A program made the translations under genes and the position numbers. The notes below the pieces were generated by a model. The model searched no databases, was not told where the DNA came from, and saw nothing but the letters and a program-made list of their open reading frames with translations. DNA of 63,649 nt, counting the filler, from Reticulomyxa filosa (Eukaryota > Protista > Foraminifera), in the NCBI GenBank assembly GCA_000512085.1. It is 16 parts of 16 records of this genome, joined end to end, with 100 filler letters (N's around TTAATTAATTAA, not from the genome) between each part and the next. Parts side by side here need not be neighbours in the genome. Positions count along the whole stretch, not along the records: positions 11,750 to 26,074 come from ASPP01027770.1; positions 26,175 to 29,893 come from ASPP01028550.1; positions 29,994 to 31,773 come from ASPP01001821.1; 13 more parts are not named here. One strand, 5' to 3'. Of the stretch, positions 18,060 to 30,749 are shown one piece after another (the first letter of the stretch is position 1; the number at the start of each line of letters is the position of its first letter).

Positions 18060-20897
18060 TCCTAAAACGGTGAGAAACAGTAGATGCAGACATTTCGAAC
18101 GATCGAAGACAGACGCAGGTCCTACTTCATATGCCAAATCCTCAAAATTGCTTTGGCTTCCATACACCAACATCAGTCTTGCATGCTGAGCCATCCTCGA
18201 ATTTTCTAGTGGCCCAAGGTAAAGCATGATTTGCTTGAAAAAGCATCTGCTTTCGAGTCTTTTGTATGTGGCATTTCAATGGATGATATTAATTCTCGGG
18301 TTGTGCGTAATTAAAAAAAGTTTAACTGAACAAGTGCACATACTGAAAATACTAAAAATAAGCTTGAATTTTTGGTTTTTTTTACAAATCTAAAAAAATA
18401 CGTACATTTTAAAAAATAATTTTTTCTTTTAAATTTACTCTTTTGCTTGTTAAAAAAAACAATATATATTATTTTGATTTCTTTGAACATTTATCAAACT
18501 CATTTTTCATTCAATGCTAAAATTATGTTTTGCAATTTGTATTCAATATCTACTTCATTGAGTTCAAAAAAATGTTACGTTGTAAATTTTATTATTATTG
18601 TAAAAACACATATGATAGAACTGCAATTCACAAATCTCTCACAAGTCGAAGACAGCGATCACTTTCACGTGGATTGGAGTATGTTGCCTGTTCACGCGCA
18701 GTGGCGAATTGATCTCTGAATTTCTTAAAAATATTTTCTTCAATTTTGGTCCAAGTCCCTTTGTAGTTATACGTTGAAGTATTTTCCATGCCTTTGGACA
18801 GTTTCGCATGGAGTGCTTTGGGTGGATTGGACGAATAGGAATTGTATTGAGAATTGGAAAACGTAATGCTTTTATACTTTTTGACTAGCTCATTCAATTT
18901 TTCTTCGATCTTTGTTTTGAATTAGTAGATGCGTTTGGTAATTGTAACATTACCTTTTTTCCATAGTTTTTGTTCTTGATGGCAGCGTCAATGGTGCACA
19001 AAATCTTTTGTACCCATTTGCCAATGACAGATTCGGTGGGACGTTCCTTTTTGCTGATGTAATCTTGTGTCACTTGATCCACATAAGTAAAGACAAAGTG
19101 TTTTGCTTCTTCGATCTATTGCAAATGTCCTTCTAATTTAATCACACTGTCTAGATCCACTTCGTTTTCTCCGAGTACTAGCACCTCTAGAAATGCGCTT
19201 TTCATTAAAGCTTTTAACAAACACGACAGCAAGCTTTGCAAGTCTTCCAATACTTTTTCGATCTGTGGATTGTCAACTGCATGCTGCTTGAGATTTAACA
19301 TCTCCGACGCAACCTCGGTATAGCGATGGCCTTCGATTGCTTCCAACAATTTTTTGGTGTCAATCACGTCATTGTACAGTCTTTCTTGGTACTTTTCGAA
19401 CAGGATTCGGAAGTTGTAATTATCATTTGTAATAACTCATCCAACGAGCTTAAAGACTTAATCACAAGGACTTTGGTTTTTAAAGATTGGAAGTCGGTCT
19501 GTCGGGCTAACTTGGCCATTTCGCTGGACATGCTCATCCAAAGCTGTTGCAGTTGATTGTTCAGTTGCTTCAGCAAATTGCGTGGAAGATACGCCGCAAG
19601 CAATGTATGATTGTTTTGCACAATCGTCACTTCGTTCAATAGACCAACAATGTTTTTCACTTTTTCACATGATTGGATCTTGTTCTCTTTGGAGGATGTC
19701 TCGCTATCGATTATATCAAATATTTTCAGCTGGCTTTCCGTACCTTCGCTGTAACCTTTGCAAAAAACTTTCAACCAAATGAGTCGTTGTTGCAAGCATT
19801 TGGCTCAAATCCATTGCTATTGTCGTTATTGTTTTTGTAATTTGTTTTGTACCTTTCTCTTCTTTTCCGTCAAACAGTAACAAATGGCTTTACATTGCTT
19901 TATGTAATGCGACCTTTTCTGCTCGTGAGACATTCAATCTTTCAAAACGACACTTGCTCATGCAATTCTCAGCATTTGCATTGTTTATCTTTTGTTCACA
20001 TTCTTGGATCTTTTCCTCGAGTTCACGTTCATCATTCATCAATTGATGTATCTCATCCTCCAAAAAACCGTGATTCTTTAACGACTTGATCACAGATTCC
20101 TTTTCTCTTGACAACATTTGCTCATACTCTTTTTTGATTTGCAATAGTTTTTGTAATTCTTTCTTCAATTTATCTATTTCTTCTTCCGTGTGGAATGTTC
20201 TGGGATCCTTCCTTTCACTATCTTTTTGTGTAGATGATATGTGGCTGGAAGAACGAAAAAAAGGAAACCAATACTGATTTTTGTTTGCATTACTATATGT
20301 GTATGAAACATCACTGCCCTTGTCTTGACTCTTGTTTAATTGCTGTTGAATGGACTCTATTCGAGAGGTAAGATTTCGAGCCTCTCAAAGTTATTTTCCT
20401 GCAAATATAAATTTGCATTGCAAATACGTTGTGTATGACTTGAGTTGGGTCAAGCACTCCTGCATTTGCTTTTGCGAAAGGGGGTTTTCGCATTCGACCA
20501 AAGCAAAGTCGTGTTGGATCATCGAAAGCGTCATGTGAATCTTTTGTTCCAATGGCATGTGTGCACGCTGGCGAAGAGGGGTCATTTCAGGGAGAATTTG
20601 CTTCAAACGTCGCAACTTTGACAAATGCGTGATTATTTTGTAACCTTGCTCAAGATGGTCGTGATGATCAAAGTTTAATTCCAAATTTTGACTTGATTGT
20701 TTCAACTCACACAAATGAATAGTCAGTTGATCTCTGACTGTGTTCATCAAATTGCTGCTACCTCCTTCTTGTCGCTCGTTGATCCACTCCGACCGGTTTA
20801 CGCACAAAACACACTCGAAAAGTCGACTGTAGTCCACGCTTTCTTCTTGCTTGAACAGTAAAGGGAGCATTATGATTGTTGTCCTTTCAAAAAACAC
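18060..20897 (-). pseudogene. Large fragmented alpha-helical/coiled-coil protein gene of unknown family
   Basis: Abutting or near-abutting minus-strand ORFs in different frames (20391-20897, 19890-20168, 19364-19795, 19116-19367, 18894-19082, 18628-18897). Most junctions lack intron-like AT-rich spacers. Confidence 0.6.
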
Positions 20898-22341
20898 TGA
20901 TCATACAATACCAACAATGGAAATACACACAAACATCAATACAGATACACCAATATGCAAATACAGTATAATGCAAAAAAAAAGTCAACTTTTTTTTTAA
21001 GCATTTTCAAAATATGCAAAAAATTTCAAAAACTAAATAATTTAAACATAAAAAGGATTTAAATTTTTGAAAAAATTTGGAAAGATAGAATGAAAAACTA
21101 GAATCAAAACCAAATGATCGTAAGATCAAATATGACAAATTACATAACAAAGAACATAAATACAAAACAGATGAAACAATGACTGAATGAATCTATCACA
21201 AATTGCCATATCATAAATTAATAATAGAAAACACAGAAAACGAATAGAAAATGATCTAAAAAAACTTATAAATAAGAAAACAATTATTACATATACAAAG
21301 AACCACGATATTAATAACATAATTAGGTCAATCAATGATGACAACAAGGAACAAAGTTGAAACACTAAACAAAAACAAATAGCACAATATGAAAATAAAC
21401 GGCACATCAAATGACACAAAATAAAGATACATAACACAAAACAACAAAAGAGAAGTAAAAAGGAGGTAACTTCGAGAGGCAATATGGATTTTTAACTACG
21501 TTGTGCACTCGATAAGTGGAATAAATGGATTATTCACGACTAATTTGGTAATTTCATCCGTTTTGTCAGCGTTTTTAAGCAGAGACGGCGTGATACTTTG
21601 TTGTTTCAGATCATCTAGCTCTAACTTTTATCGATACTCGTTTGAATCGGAGCAACGTGCAGAAAATCCATTTCACGTACAACGTGCTCAAATGCAGAAA
21701 GATGGTCTGATTCTTTAACATTTTCACTCACCCCCATCTCCGATCCTCTTTTTTTTTTGTCACTTCGCTTTTATTTTGAGACCAATATAAAAAGTATATT
21801 TATATGTATTTCGTGGTTCAATTACGAATGCATAAAAAAAAACCGGTTCTGATTTTTCATGTGTCCCCCCTTCTAGTTATCTCTTCCCTCCTTTCTGCCA
21901 AACAAACTTTTTGATGTTGGAGACAGAAGTCTTCATTACATATTGTCATTAAACAAACAATAGCAACATTTAGTGAGCTTTGTCATCTTCTGGAGCCGAT
22001 GTACCTTGTTGAAGTAAGACAGAAATATTCAACATATTTTTATCGTTCTTATTTAACCAGTCAGAGAAATGCTTTTTTTATTTGTTTGTTTGTGATAATT
22101 CATGTTTAGCGAAATTTTCAGAGAACAGCTTGTGACAGTCGGCCATCATTCAGGAAAGTGAAACACAAAAGCGCTTAGCATACCTTACTTGAAGATCAAG
22201 GCAAAAAATGTAAGTGTGGAAAAAAAAAAGAATCAAACGAATTTTTTTAAAAAAAAATGTATCATTCTGTCTTTTTGAGAATGTCCCCTTTTTTTAAAAA
22301 AATTATATTCTGTTATAGGGTCGCATTATCAAAATAAAAAG

Positions 22342-22941
22342 ATGACTGATACTTGGAAGCAAAATCCCCGTTATTATTGTAAAATTTGTGATTGTTGGTT
22401 AGATGCAAAAGCTGATATCATAGGATATCATGAGCAAGGTTTGATCCACCAGTCTAACGTGGCACACATGTTGCAGCAAATAAACCGGGATAAGAATAAT
22501 AATGCAAATGCAAGCGCAAGTGGAAATACAAATACAAGTGCAAATGCTAGTAAGTATGAGTTTGGATTTGGGCAATGGGAAACAGAGAAAAATGATGAAG
22601 ATGATGGAAACGATAATGAAAACGTAAATGATGTGTTGTCACACCGCAATCGCAAAAGAAACCAAACTGAAATGAAGAAACACGAATGTCGTATTATCGC
22701 CGCAAACGACAGCTTGCCTATACACAAAAAGCGACAACGCATGTGTGGCCTGCCCATTGAAGAAACAAAAAATCAAAAGGATGTCAATATTTGGCAAGAC
22801 TATGTACTGCCAGATGATAGTACATACAGGCGCACAGTCCAATACCAACAAGAACATAAAAATGATGACACTAGCATATCGTATCAAATGGCTAGACATG
22901 CCAACAAGTTTCTTTTTTTTTTTATTAAAAGGGTAATTTAA
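22342..22941 (+). CDS. WBP4/FBP21-like protein with N-terminal U1-C/matrin-type zinc finger (3' part uncertain or truncated)
   Basis: MTDTWKQNPRYYCKICDCWL...HEQGLIHQSNV matches the WBP4 N-terminus pattern MxxYWKSQPxxFCxxCxCW...HExGxxHxxNV. IWQDYVLPDDSTY may be a degenerate WW start. Confidence 0.65.
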   Translation: MTDTWKQNPRYYCKICDCWLDAKADIIGYHEQGLIHQSNVAHMLQQINRDKNNNANASASGNTNTSANASKYEFGFGQWETEKNDEDDGNDNENVNDVLSHRNRKRNQTEMKKHECRIIAANDSLPIHKKRQRMCGLPIEETKNQKDVNIWQDYVLPDDSTYRRTVQYQQEHKNDDTSISYQMARHANKFLFFFIKRVI

Positions 22942-22974
22942 AAAAATATCTATAAGTAGAAAAAATAATCTAGC

Positions 22975-25128
22975 ATGCTTAATTCATTGAAAATTTTTAA
23001 TAGTGAACCTGAATTACCTATTCAATTCACACATACTCAATGCATTTCTTTCAATGATGAATTACTTATCTGCGGAGGATTTGGAACTAACGAATGTTAT
23101 TCTTACCACATTAAGAAAAAACAATATAAATACATTTGCTCTTATCCTAATGACGTCCAATTAAATATGCACTCTGTCGTAAGGTTATTTCATTTAGGTG
23201 CAAGTGATGATGAAATGCATTTATTGTCATTTGGTGGGCAAGGTATTAATGCAAAGAAGCATACATTTTTAATACACTATAAAAGTGTATGGGGAAATAA
23301 TATCATCAACACAGGACCTTATCAATATTTCAATAATTGGATAAGACTTGACGAAAGTCATGTCATTGGAAAAGAAGAAGAAAACTTAATTGGTGCGAGA
23401 GGATTGCTAGGTGGAATAAATAATGATTTATTATTTATTATTCATCCTCCGTGTATTATTAAAGTTATCAATTTAAATACAATGGATTGCATAAGTATCA
23501 ACATAATGGACAATAATGTAATTAATTATGATTGTTTTATTCATTTGACAGATAACAATGAAAAAGTGGAAAATAATTTTATATTATTTTGTGATCACAA
23601 AGTATTATTAATAAAATATGACGAAAAAAGCAGACATTTTGATTATGAACAATTACTGGATTATGTTAAATTTGATATCACTTTCAATTCATTTGTATCT
23701 ATTCATGATTTTGTATTTTTATTTGGAGGAATAGATAATACTAAAATAGAATATATAGATAGTGTTTATAAATATTCAATGAAAAGTAGAACATTGGACA
23801 AATGCAACATCAAATTGCCAATCAAATCATCTTCATCTTTTGCAATTTTGAACAATGATTATTCATGTGTTCATGTTATTGGTGGATCTGATTGTAACAC
23901 TAAAGTACATTTTAGTACAAATTTAGAAAAATTATTTGAAATATCAGAATTAATTAATATTTCAAAATTGTATGAAAAAATAGAAAAAGAAAATGAAACA
24001 CCATACCCGATTAGATTTATTGAAAGTGAAGAAATTGAAAATCAAATTAAAATGCAGGAAATAAAAGTATTTGAAAATAAATGGAAGGAATTAGATGAAG
24101 AAGAAAGGATATGCTTTGATGAAATGAATTGGCTTGATATTTGGAGTTATGATGGTAAATTTAATGAAATGAAAGAAAAGTTATATAATGATATGTATTA
24201 TACTGCAAGCGCTATCACCAAATTAGTCGGTTACAAATTACCCTTAAAGGTTTGATTTTATATTTATTTGTATTTAACATAAAAAATAAGTTTGTTTGTT
24301 GATATATACATATATATACAGACAGATATAAATGACAGAAAAAAAGACCTGACAACAATAAGTGAAAAAAAAGAAAATATACAAAAAGAAATTGCTAAAA
24401 TAAAAACTAAAGCAACAGAATTAAAAGATGAAATTAATAAAAAAATATTAACATATGTAAATTATATGATGCAATATAACAATCTTTTTTTAATTAAAAG
24501 AAAAACAGAAAAAGAAGAAAGACAAATTGAACAAAGCATGAATGCAATCAAACAAATTTTTGATGCTGATGAAAAAGCGTTGGAGAATTTTAATGTATTG
24601 AATTATAAATTGAAAACGTTATTGGAAGAAAATGATAATTTGATAAAAAAAAATTGGGACGAATTTGAAAAAAGATGGTATAAATGGAATCCACAAGATA
24701 CTGCCATTTTCCTTGGACATACATTGCATTTCAAAAAAAAGACAATGACAAACTGTGTTGCAATTACTGAACAAAATCAAATTAGCGGAATAAATTTATT
24801 ATACATGAAAGCCAAAGATTTGACTGATAACTTTAGTTTTATTGATCAAAATAGCGCTAATATGGTGTGTGATGCTTTCCTTAAAATTTCTAGAAAATAC
24901 ATCATAAACCAATGTATTCCAGGAAAATATATATGCCCATTATCCAAGTTAATTATGAAAGAACCAGTAATTGCATTAGATGGGCAAACATATGATCGAA
25001 AATCAATTACTGATAAATATAGAACGATATCAAATTATCATTCTTTGATTGAGGATGGAAACCTTAAAATTTATCCAAATTTTGCCTTGCAGAAAGAAAT
25101 CCAAGAATTTTTAAACCCTACAAAGTAA
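22975..25128 (+). CDS. Kelch-like beta-propeller, coiled coil, SAM-like and U-box protein (putative E3 ubiquitin ligase), 2 exons
   Basis: ELLICGG, CYSYH, LLSFGG, VFLFGG and VHVIGG repeats; intron at about 24250-24321 (AAG|gtttga ... atacag|ACA); E/K-rich coiled coil; WNPQDTAIFL...NQISGINLLYMKAKDL (SAM-like); YICPLSKLIMKEPVIALDGQTYDRKSI...PNFALQKEIQEF (U-box). Confidence 0.85.
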
Positions 25129-25389
25129 GCTTCAGTTTGTTTATTGAGAATTGAACATTGTAAATTTTTTTTTGAATTATCGTTCAGTTGCTTATCCAAT
25201 CAAATTTTTGATAAACGAAGCATAACTTTTATTTTGAAAGGTAAACTAAATTTTCTGACTAATTTATCATCATTATGAAACTGAAATTTAAAGTAACATA
25301 TCCATCCACAAGATCAATGTTGAGTCACAGTTATGTTCACAGTTGATACTGTACAAGTGCAAATGACATCAAGTGATTTGATTCTACCT

Positions 25390-26073
25390 TGCAGTGCGGA
25401 CAGTGTGTGTTTGATATATTTGACATTTTGAAGATCGGATCCAATATACTTGACTAGCCATTTCATACTATTTCACAACGGTGCTCACAATCCACTCAGT
25501 TCATAAAACCGCAATTCGAAATGCGTTTCTATTATTTCCTTCAATGACTTGAGGTCGATCAGTTCTTTCATTAACCTTTCCAATCATTCAGTTTGATATA
25601 AACCTGCTGCAAAACACAAGAAATCTACGAATATTTTTTTTTTGTTTAAAGCAGATAAAAAGTATATATACACATATATGTATACATAGGGTTCTGTAAC
25701 GTTTTGCAAATGGTGTTGAATGTTGTAAATATTTGGTGAGACCATTATCGATAAGTGTATTCGTTTGATACGTTCTGGGCGACGGTGGTAGTATCTCTTT
25801 TCGAGTGGTGTTGCCATTTCGAGTGTCTTGCTTTATGATCTTTCTTTTTCGGCAGTTGTTCCATTTTTGCATAGGAGTACATTGGCTGAAGACCATTCGC
25901 ACCTCCTAACCATATACGAGTGAACATTCGGTATTGAATCGACAATTGCTGTTGCATAGACAGCTCCATGTTGTGCAAATTTGGTTTGTGATGCATTGTT
26001 GTTATGTTGTTTTCAAGAGACATGATTCAAACCAGAAATCTCCGCATTCGCATGTCCAGAGAACTTTTTTTGT
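25390..26073 (-). pseudogene. Degenerate coding fragment, unidentified
   Basis: Coding-like composition, intron-like (TA)n/poly-T block at about 25620-25690, multiple stops in every frame. Confidence 0.3.
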
Positions 26074-29000
26074 ANNNNNNNNNNNNNNNNNNNNNNNNNN
26101 NNNNNNNNNNNNNNNNNNTTAATTAATTAANNNNNNNNNNNNNNNNNNNNNNNNNNNNNNNNNNNNNNNNNNNNCTTTTTTTAAAGTTTAGCAGAATTCA
26201 CTTAGATCTTACAAGCCTGGAGTATTTATAAGATCAAACAAGACAGAAGATGATTGGAAATGACTGACTAATGAAAAAGCTTTGAATATGTCCTTGCCGT
26301 TCAAACAATCATATTAGTTTTTCTTTTGGAATACATTTTTAGTTTTTACTCAAACAAGCACAGTTTTATATTACATTTTTTCATTGTAATTATCTAGAGA
26401 AAAATCTACAAATTGGAACTTTTTGAATTTGTATGCAACAATCAAAACGTTGACAGGATTTGCTTTCATAATTCACTTTTTAATGCTTTACTTCTTTTGG
26501 TATCAGTTGTTGTAGTTTTTACAAATGGATTTATTCAATTCTATTATAAGTTGAGAATAATTATTTGGTTTAATGCAAAATAAAATAAATTACAATGAGA
26601 AAAATAAATATTTATTACTATTGAATATATTCATGCACTTGAATTGTGTCCATTTCTATTCTCATATTTACAAGTTGGATTTCACAATTTTTTTTTATTT
26701 ATGAGAATTGCAATGCTCTTAATTTCTTTCCTTCTCTATACTTATATGCACAAAATAATTGCCCACTTTGTTGTAGTGCTCAATTTTTTTTGGTTCTGCA
26801 ACTGGTGCTAGATATCGGCGTTATCTTTTTACATTTTATTCAAAGTTTTTCTAATTTGCTTTGTCTTATCTCGAAAAAGTAGCAGCAAAAGCACATTACC
26901 ATATTTTTTAACAAAATTGTATGTTTTTTCTGTTTTGGTGTCATTCTGTTGAATGAGCGCTTATTAACTCTTTTAGACTATTATAACATTTTTTGGTTCA
27001 CATAGACTTCAATGATTTGAAGCACAAGCTTTTGTATCAAAGACAAAACAAAGACTTGAAGACCTCATGTCAAAGAAAAAGATTTTCATGCTGCTGGAGA
27101 TAAGGTGATTACTCTAAGCGATTAGCATAAAGAAATCAAAAAGTTGTATTTATTTAAAGAGGAAATTCCATCTAAAAAATCATTTGCAATGAATTGATTT
27201 TTGATCATCTCTATTCTCTACTTTGCACAGCGTTTGTATTTTTCTAATTTTCCTTTATTATCAAAATATTTATGACGATAGAAGTTTCTTTAATATTGTC
27301 ATTATCATCAATATTCTTTATTTGAAGCAAATAATTTTGGCTGCAAGAGTAATCAAAAGAATAAATAATTTTTCGATTATTATGTATAACAAAGAACTTG
27401 TTGTTTAATGAAAAAAAATCATCAATGTTGCCTATTTGAACAATTTCAACCACTCTTGTGCATGGAGTTTCGTCTACAATACATGAATTAAAACATTACC
27501 TTTCTAAACTTTGAAAATAGGTAATGAAACAAATGATGATAAATAAAAAAAATAAAAAATCTGTAACTAGACCCTTTTGAAGGAACTCTTCAATTCGTCA
27601 TAATTTTGTTTCAATTAAAAAATATTTATTTTGAAATTATGCTTATTGAAAAAAAATTAAAATCACCTTCACACATTCGTTCGATTGGAACACAATTCTA
27701 TCATATCTTTGGTTGTTCATGATTTATATATTGGAGTTTCAATTACTTTATGAATAGCAATTTTCTAGCTATTTGTTTAATTTCTTTTTTTTAGTGCCTG
27801 AAGTGCAACTGCATAATGGATAATACTTGAGTTTAATTTTCAAAAGAATGTATTGATGAACCTTTAAATAAGTTGTTCATTTATTATTAAGAAATTAAAA
27901 ATACAATTTTCCTAATGTCAAGAGATTTGTGGATTCGATGTTACTTTTTGCACCATTATTATGTTCCAGATTCTTTTTTATTTCATTTTGAAATCAGTCC
28001 TTTTGTTTCATTAACTACTAATCTCAATAAAAGATGTGTTTTTGAAATATGAAACAACACTCACTTTTTAATTAATATTTAATGATCAAATGAAAAAAGA
28101 AATTGAATTTCAAAATGAATTGATAAATTAACAGCTAAATTAAAAAAATAGATATAAAATTGCACTTGTGAAATTTTACAATTAGATGAATAGATAGAGT
28201 TTTGTTAATAATAATTAAAAGGATATTCTCAAAAAGAAATGTATGGAAAAAATTAAAATTGTGAGCAGACCGTTTTTCTCCAGTTCATTGTATTTGATTA
28301 TCAAGGAAATGATTGGATTGTTTATTCTTCGCTTTATTGATTCAATTACCTTTGGAAAGAAGATATTAAAATTGTTTTGTTTTCTTTCTAATTTTTACAA
28401 ACACTTTTTAAAAATATTTGTTTGTTGTGTGGTCTCAAATTGATTAGTAGTAACACTTGTTGTCTTTTTTTTGTAAGCAAATTTAAATTAATTTATAAAA
28501 TATAAGCATTGAAAATGATAAAATCACAAATGAAGAAAATAAATAAAAATATTAAAACAATACATTCAACTTCCACATTACCTGATAAACAAACCAATTC
28601 TATCAAAAAAAAAAAGGTACAAACAACTCGTCGAAAACTAGGAGACTTTGAAACATTGACTTGATATTTAAAATTTCTGTGGTATTAACACGGAAACTAA
28701 GTCTCAAACATAAATTAGATATTTCCTCCAAGTAATTGTAAATATAGTCTAAATGATGATGCACAAAGGGTCCGAGCTGCATCTCGAGTTATTTTGACAA
28801 AAGATGACTTATTGTTGAGGATGCCATTGATCGATTGCTTCAAAAGCAAAAGCTTACGCATACCAGTAAACACATGGCCAGCAAGTATAAAAAATCAACG
28901 TATTGTTCAAGAGTGAACTTGAAAGTGTGTTGACAAGCACATAAATTCAAAGATAGTGTTATTGGAATTTGTATGAGACATTTCTCTTTGGCTGCATGCT

Positions 29001-29993
29001 TGCTGCTCAAGTGTGCGGGAAACTTGATGTGACTTGTAACCACGCGAGTGTAATCAAATTGAGAAATAGTTCCAACTGTGAATTGGAAAATCAAAACTCT
29101 TGTTCAAATCGATTATCATTTTCCGAGCTGAATCAGTTCATCTAATGTCTAAATGTTATTATTGAACTTTTCTAAAAACTTGAACTAAAGTTGAAAATAC
29201 ATCTTCTTTTTTGTATTATTTAATTTCAATAATTTCATCAATTTCTCCAGTTTTTGTTTTTTTTCAAATTTTGAAACACTAATAAGTAAACTTGTAATTA
29301 CACCAATAGATAATTCTCTTCAGGTGTTGTCAACATCATGATTCACCTTGAAATAATATTCAACTTATTACAGAGAAGAAAAAACGCTAAGTGTTTTACG
29401 TTTTTTTTTAAGTTAGTTATGCTGAAATATTTTGTAAGAAAAATTCTTTGTTAAATAAAATAAATTTTAATCAATTCATTTATTACAAAAAAATTCAAAA
29501 ATACAGATTTCTTAATGTCAAGAACTTGATCATTAAGACTATTTATACGTTAACATAAAATATACAAAAAGTTCGCTAGTGCCCACATCAAAAAAGGGCC
29601 AACACAAAAAAAAAATGGTGTATCTATCTTTTTTTTTATTATTATCGCTTTTGTAGGCATTGCTTGCACCAACCAAGAACAATTGAGAGTGCACCAGACG
29701 TTCCTCTTTGCAATGATTACAAAAGGGATGTTATTGTCTTCTCATTAGTAATAATAAACTATTTGCCTGTGGGCTCAGTACTACTTTCTGCACTGTATTA
29801 TGTCTAGACTTTCTTTTTTTTCATTTTGAAGTCTGTTCTTTTTGTTTGTTTTTTTTTTTTGTGCTATTTATTTCAAAATGAAAAAAAGTTGGGNNNNNNN
29901 NNNNNNNNNNNNNNNNNNNNNNNNNNNNNNNNNNNNNTTAATTAATTAANNNNNNNNNNNNNNNNNNNNNNNNNNNNNNNNNNNNNNNNNNNN

Positions 29994-30310
29994 CAAACAC
30001 TTACATATTTCATCACCAATGTATGTTTATTTTCTCCCTCCCAAGAAGATCCAAAAGATAGCAAAGTAATTTCATTACTGTCTTTGTTGTTATTATGATC
30101 TACTAATTTCACTACGCAATGCCCATTTAAAGAGGTATCATCTGGATACTTACAGATAAACTTGTATTCGTTTTTGATTGTATGATAAGAATAACACTTT
30201 TCTTGAAAAAAACCTCCACAAATGAGGAGTTCGTGGTTGTGTAGCACACATTGAGATTGATCAAGTGGAGTGGGCAATTCCTTCAAACTTTCAAAGGTTT
30301 GATTACTCAT
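29994..30310 (-). CDS. Kelch-like repeat protein, N-terminal part (cut by contig edge), same family as 22975-25128
   Basis: LKELPTPLDQSQCVLHNHELLICGG...CYSYHTIKNEYKFICKYPDD...GHCVVKL...ITLLSFG...KHTLVMKY aligns with the start of the 22975 ORF. Confidence 0.85.
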
Positions 30311-30749
30311 ACAGCCAATCTTGAGGAACTATTAAGCAGATAGCTTTATAAATCAAAAAACTTTTTTATTTTCAAAAATTATTGTTGCATAGTTAAGTTA
30401 TTTTTTTAATTTTAAAAAAGGTCAAAAAAATTTGAGGTGGAGTTTAATAGAAATTTCTTTTAAGTAAAATTTTCACAGGTGATACCTTTTTAGGGTACAA
30501 CTGAGCATCACCAATTAAAGTTTTCACAGGACGTTATAAAAAATGTCCACATCGTGTGAAGAAAGTTCTTCCGAATCGCTTGGAAATTTGAATTTTACAA
30601 AAAAAAAAAAAAAGTTATTAATTTCAACCAAAAATTGGGAAAAAAAAAAAGTTAATTAAAAAAATTATGGAAAAAATGTTCCACGTTGAAAAGATTTTTT
30701 TACATTTCAAAAAAAAAAAAATAAAGATTTGTTTTTCCAAAGTCCAAGT

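Noticed and set aside
18060-20897. Alternative genetic code or programmed frameshifting as the cause of broken ORFs
   Set aside because: Conserved genes here end normally with TAA or TGA and have no in-frame stops in exons. The breaks are explained by introns, decay or homopolymer errors.
21126-21482. Hydrophobic 118-aa ORF as a membrane protein, and similar F/L/I/C-rich short ORFs throughout
   Set aside because: These are a compositional artefact of A-rich or T-rich strands, with no motif or splice context.
25390-26073. Cys-rich fragments as an RNF213-type RZ finger or TRAF zinc finger
   Set aside because: The cysteines lie in different frames with many stops and no motif can be reconstructed with confidence.
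26175-29893. Genes on this contig
   Set aside because: Only short, stop-riddled coding-like patches are present and none could be assigned.
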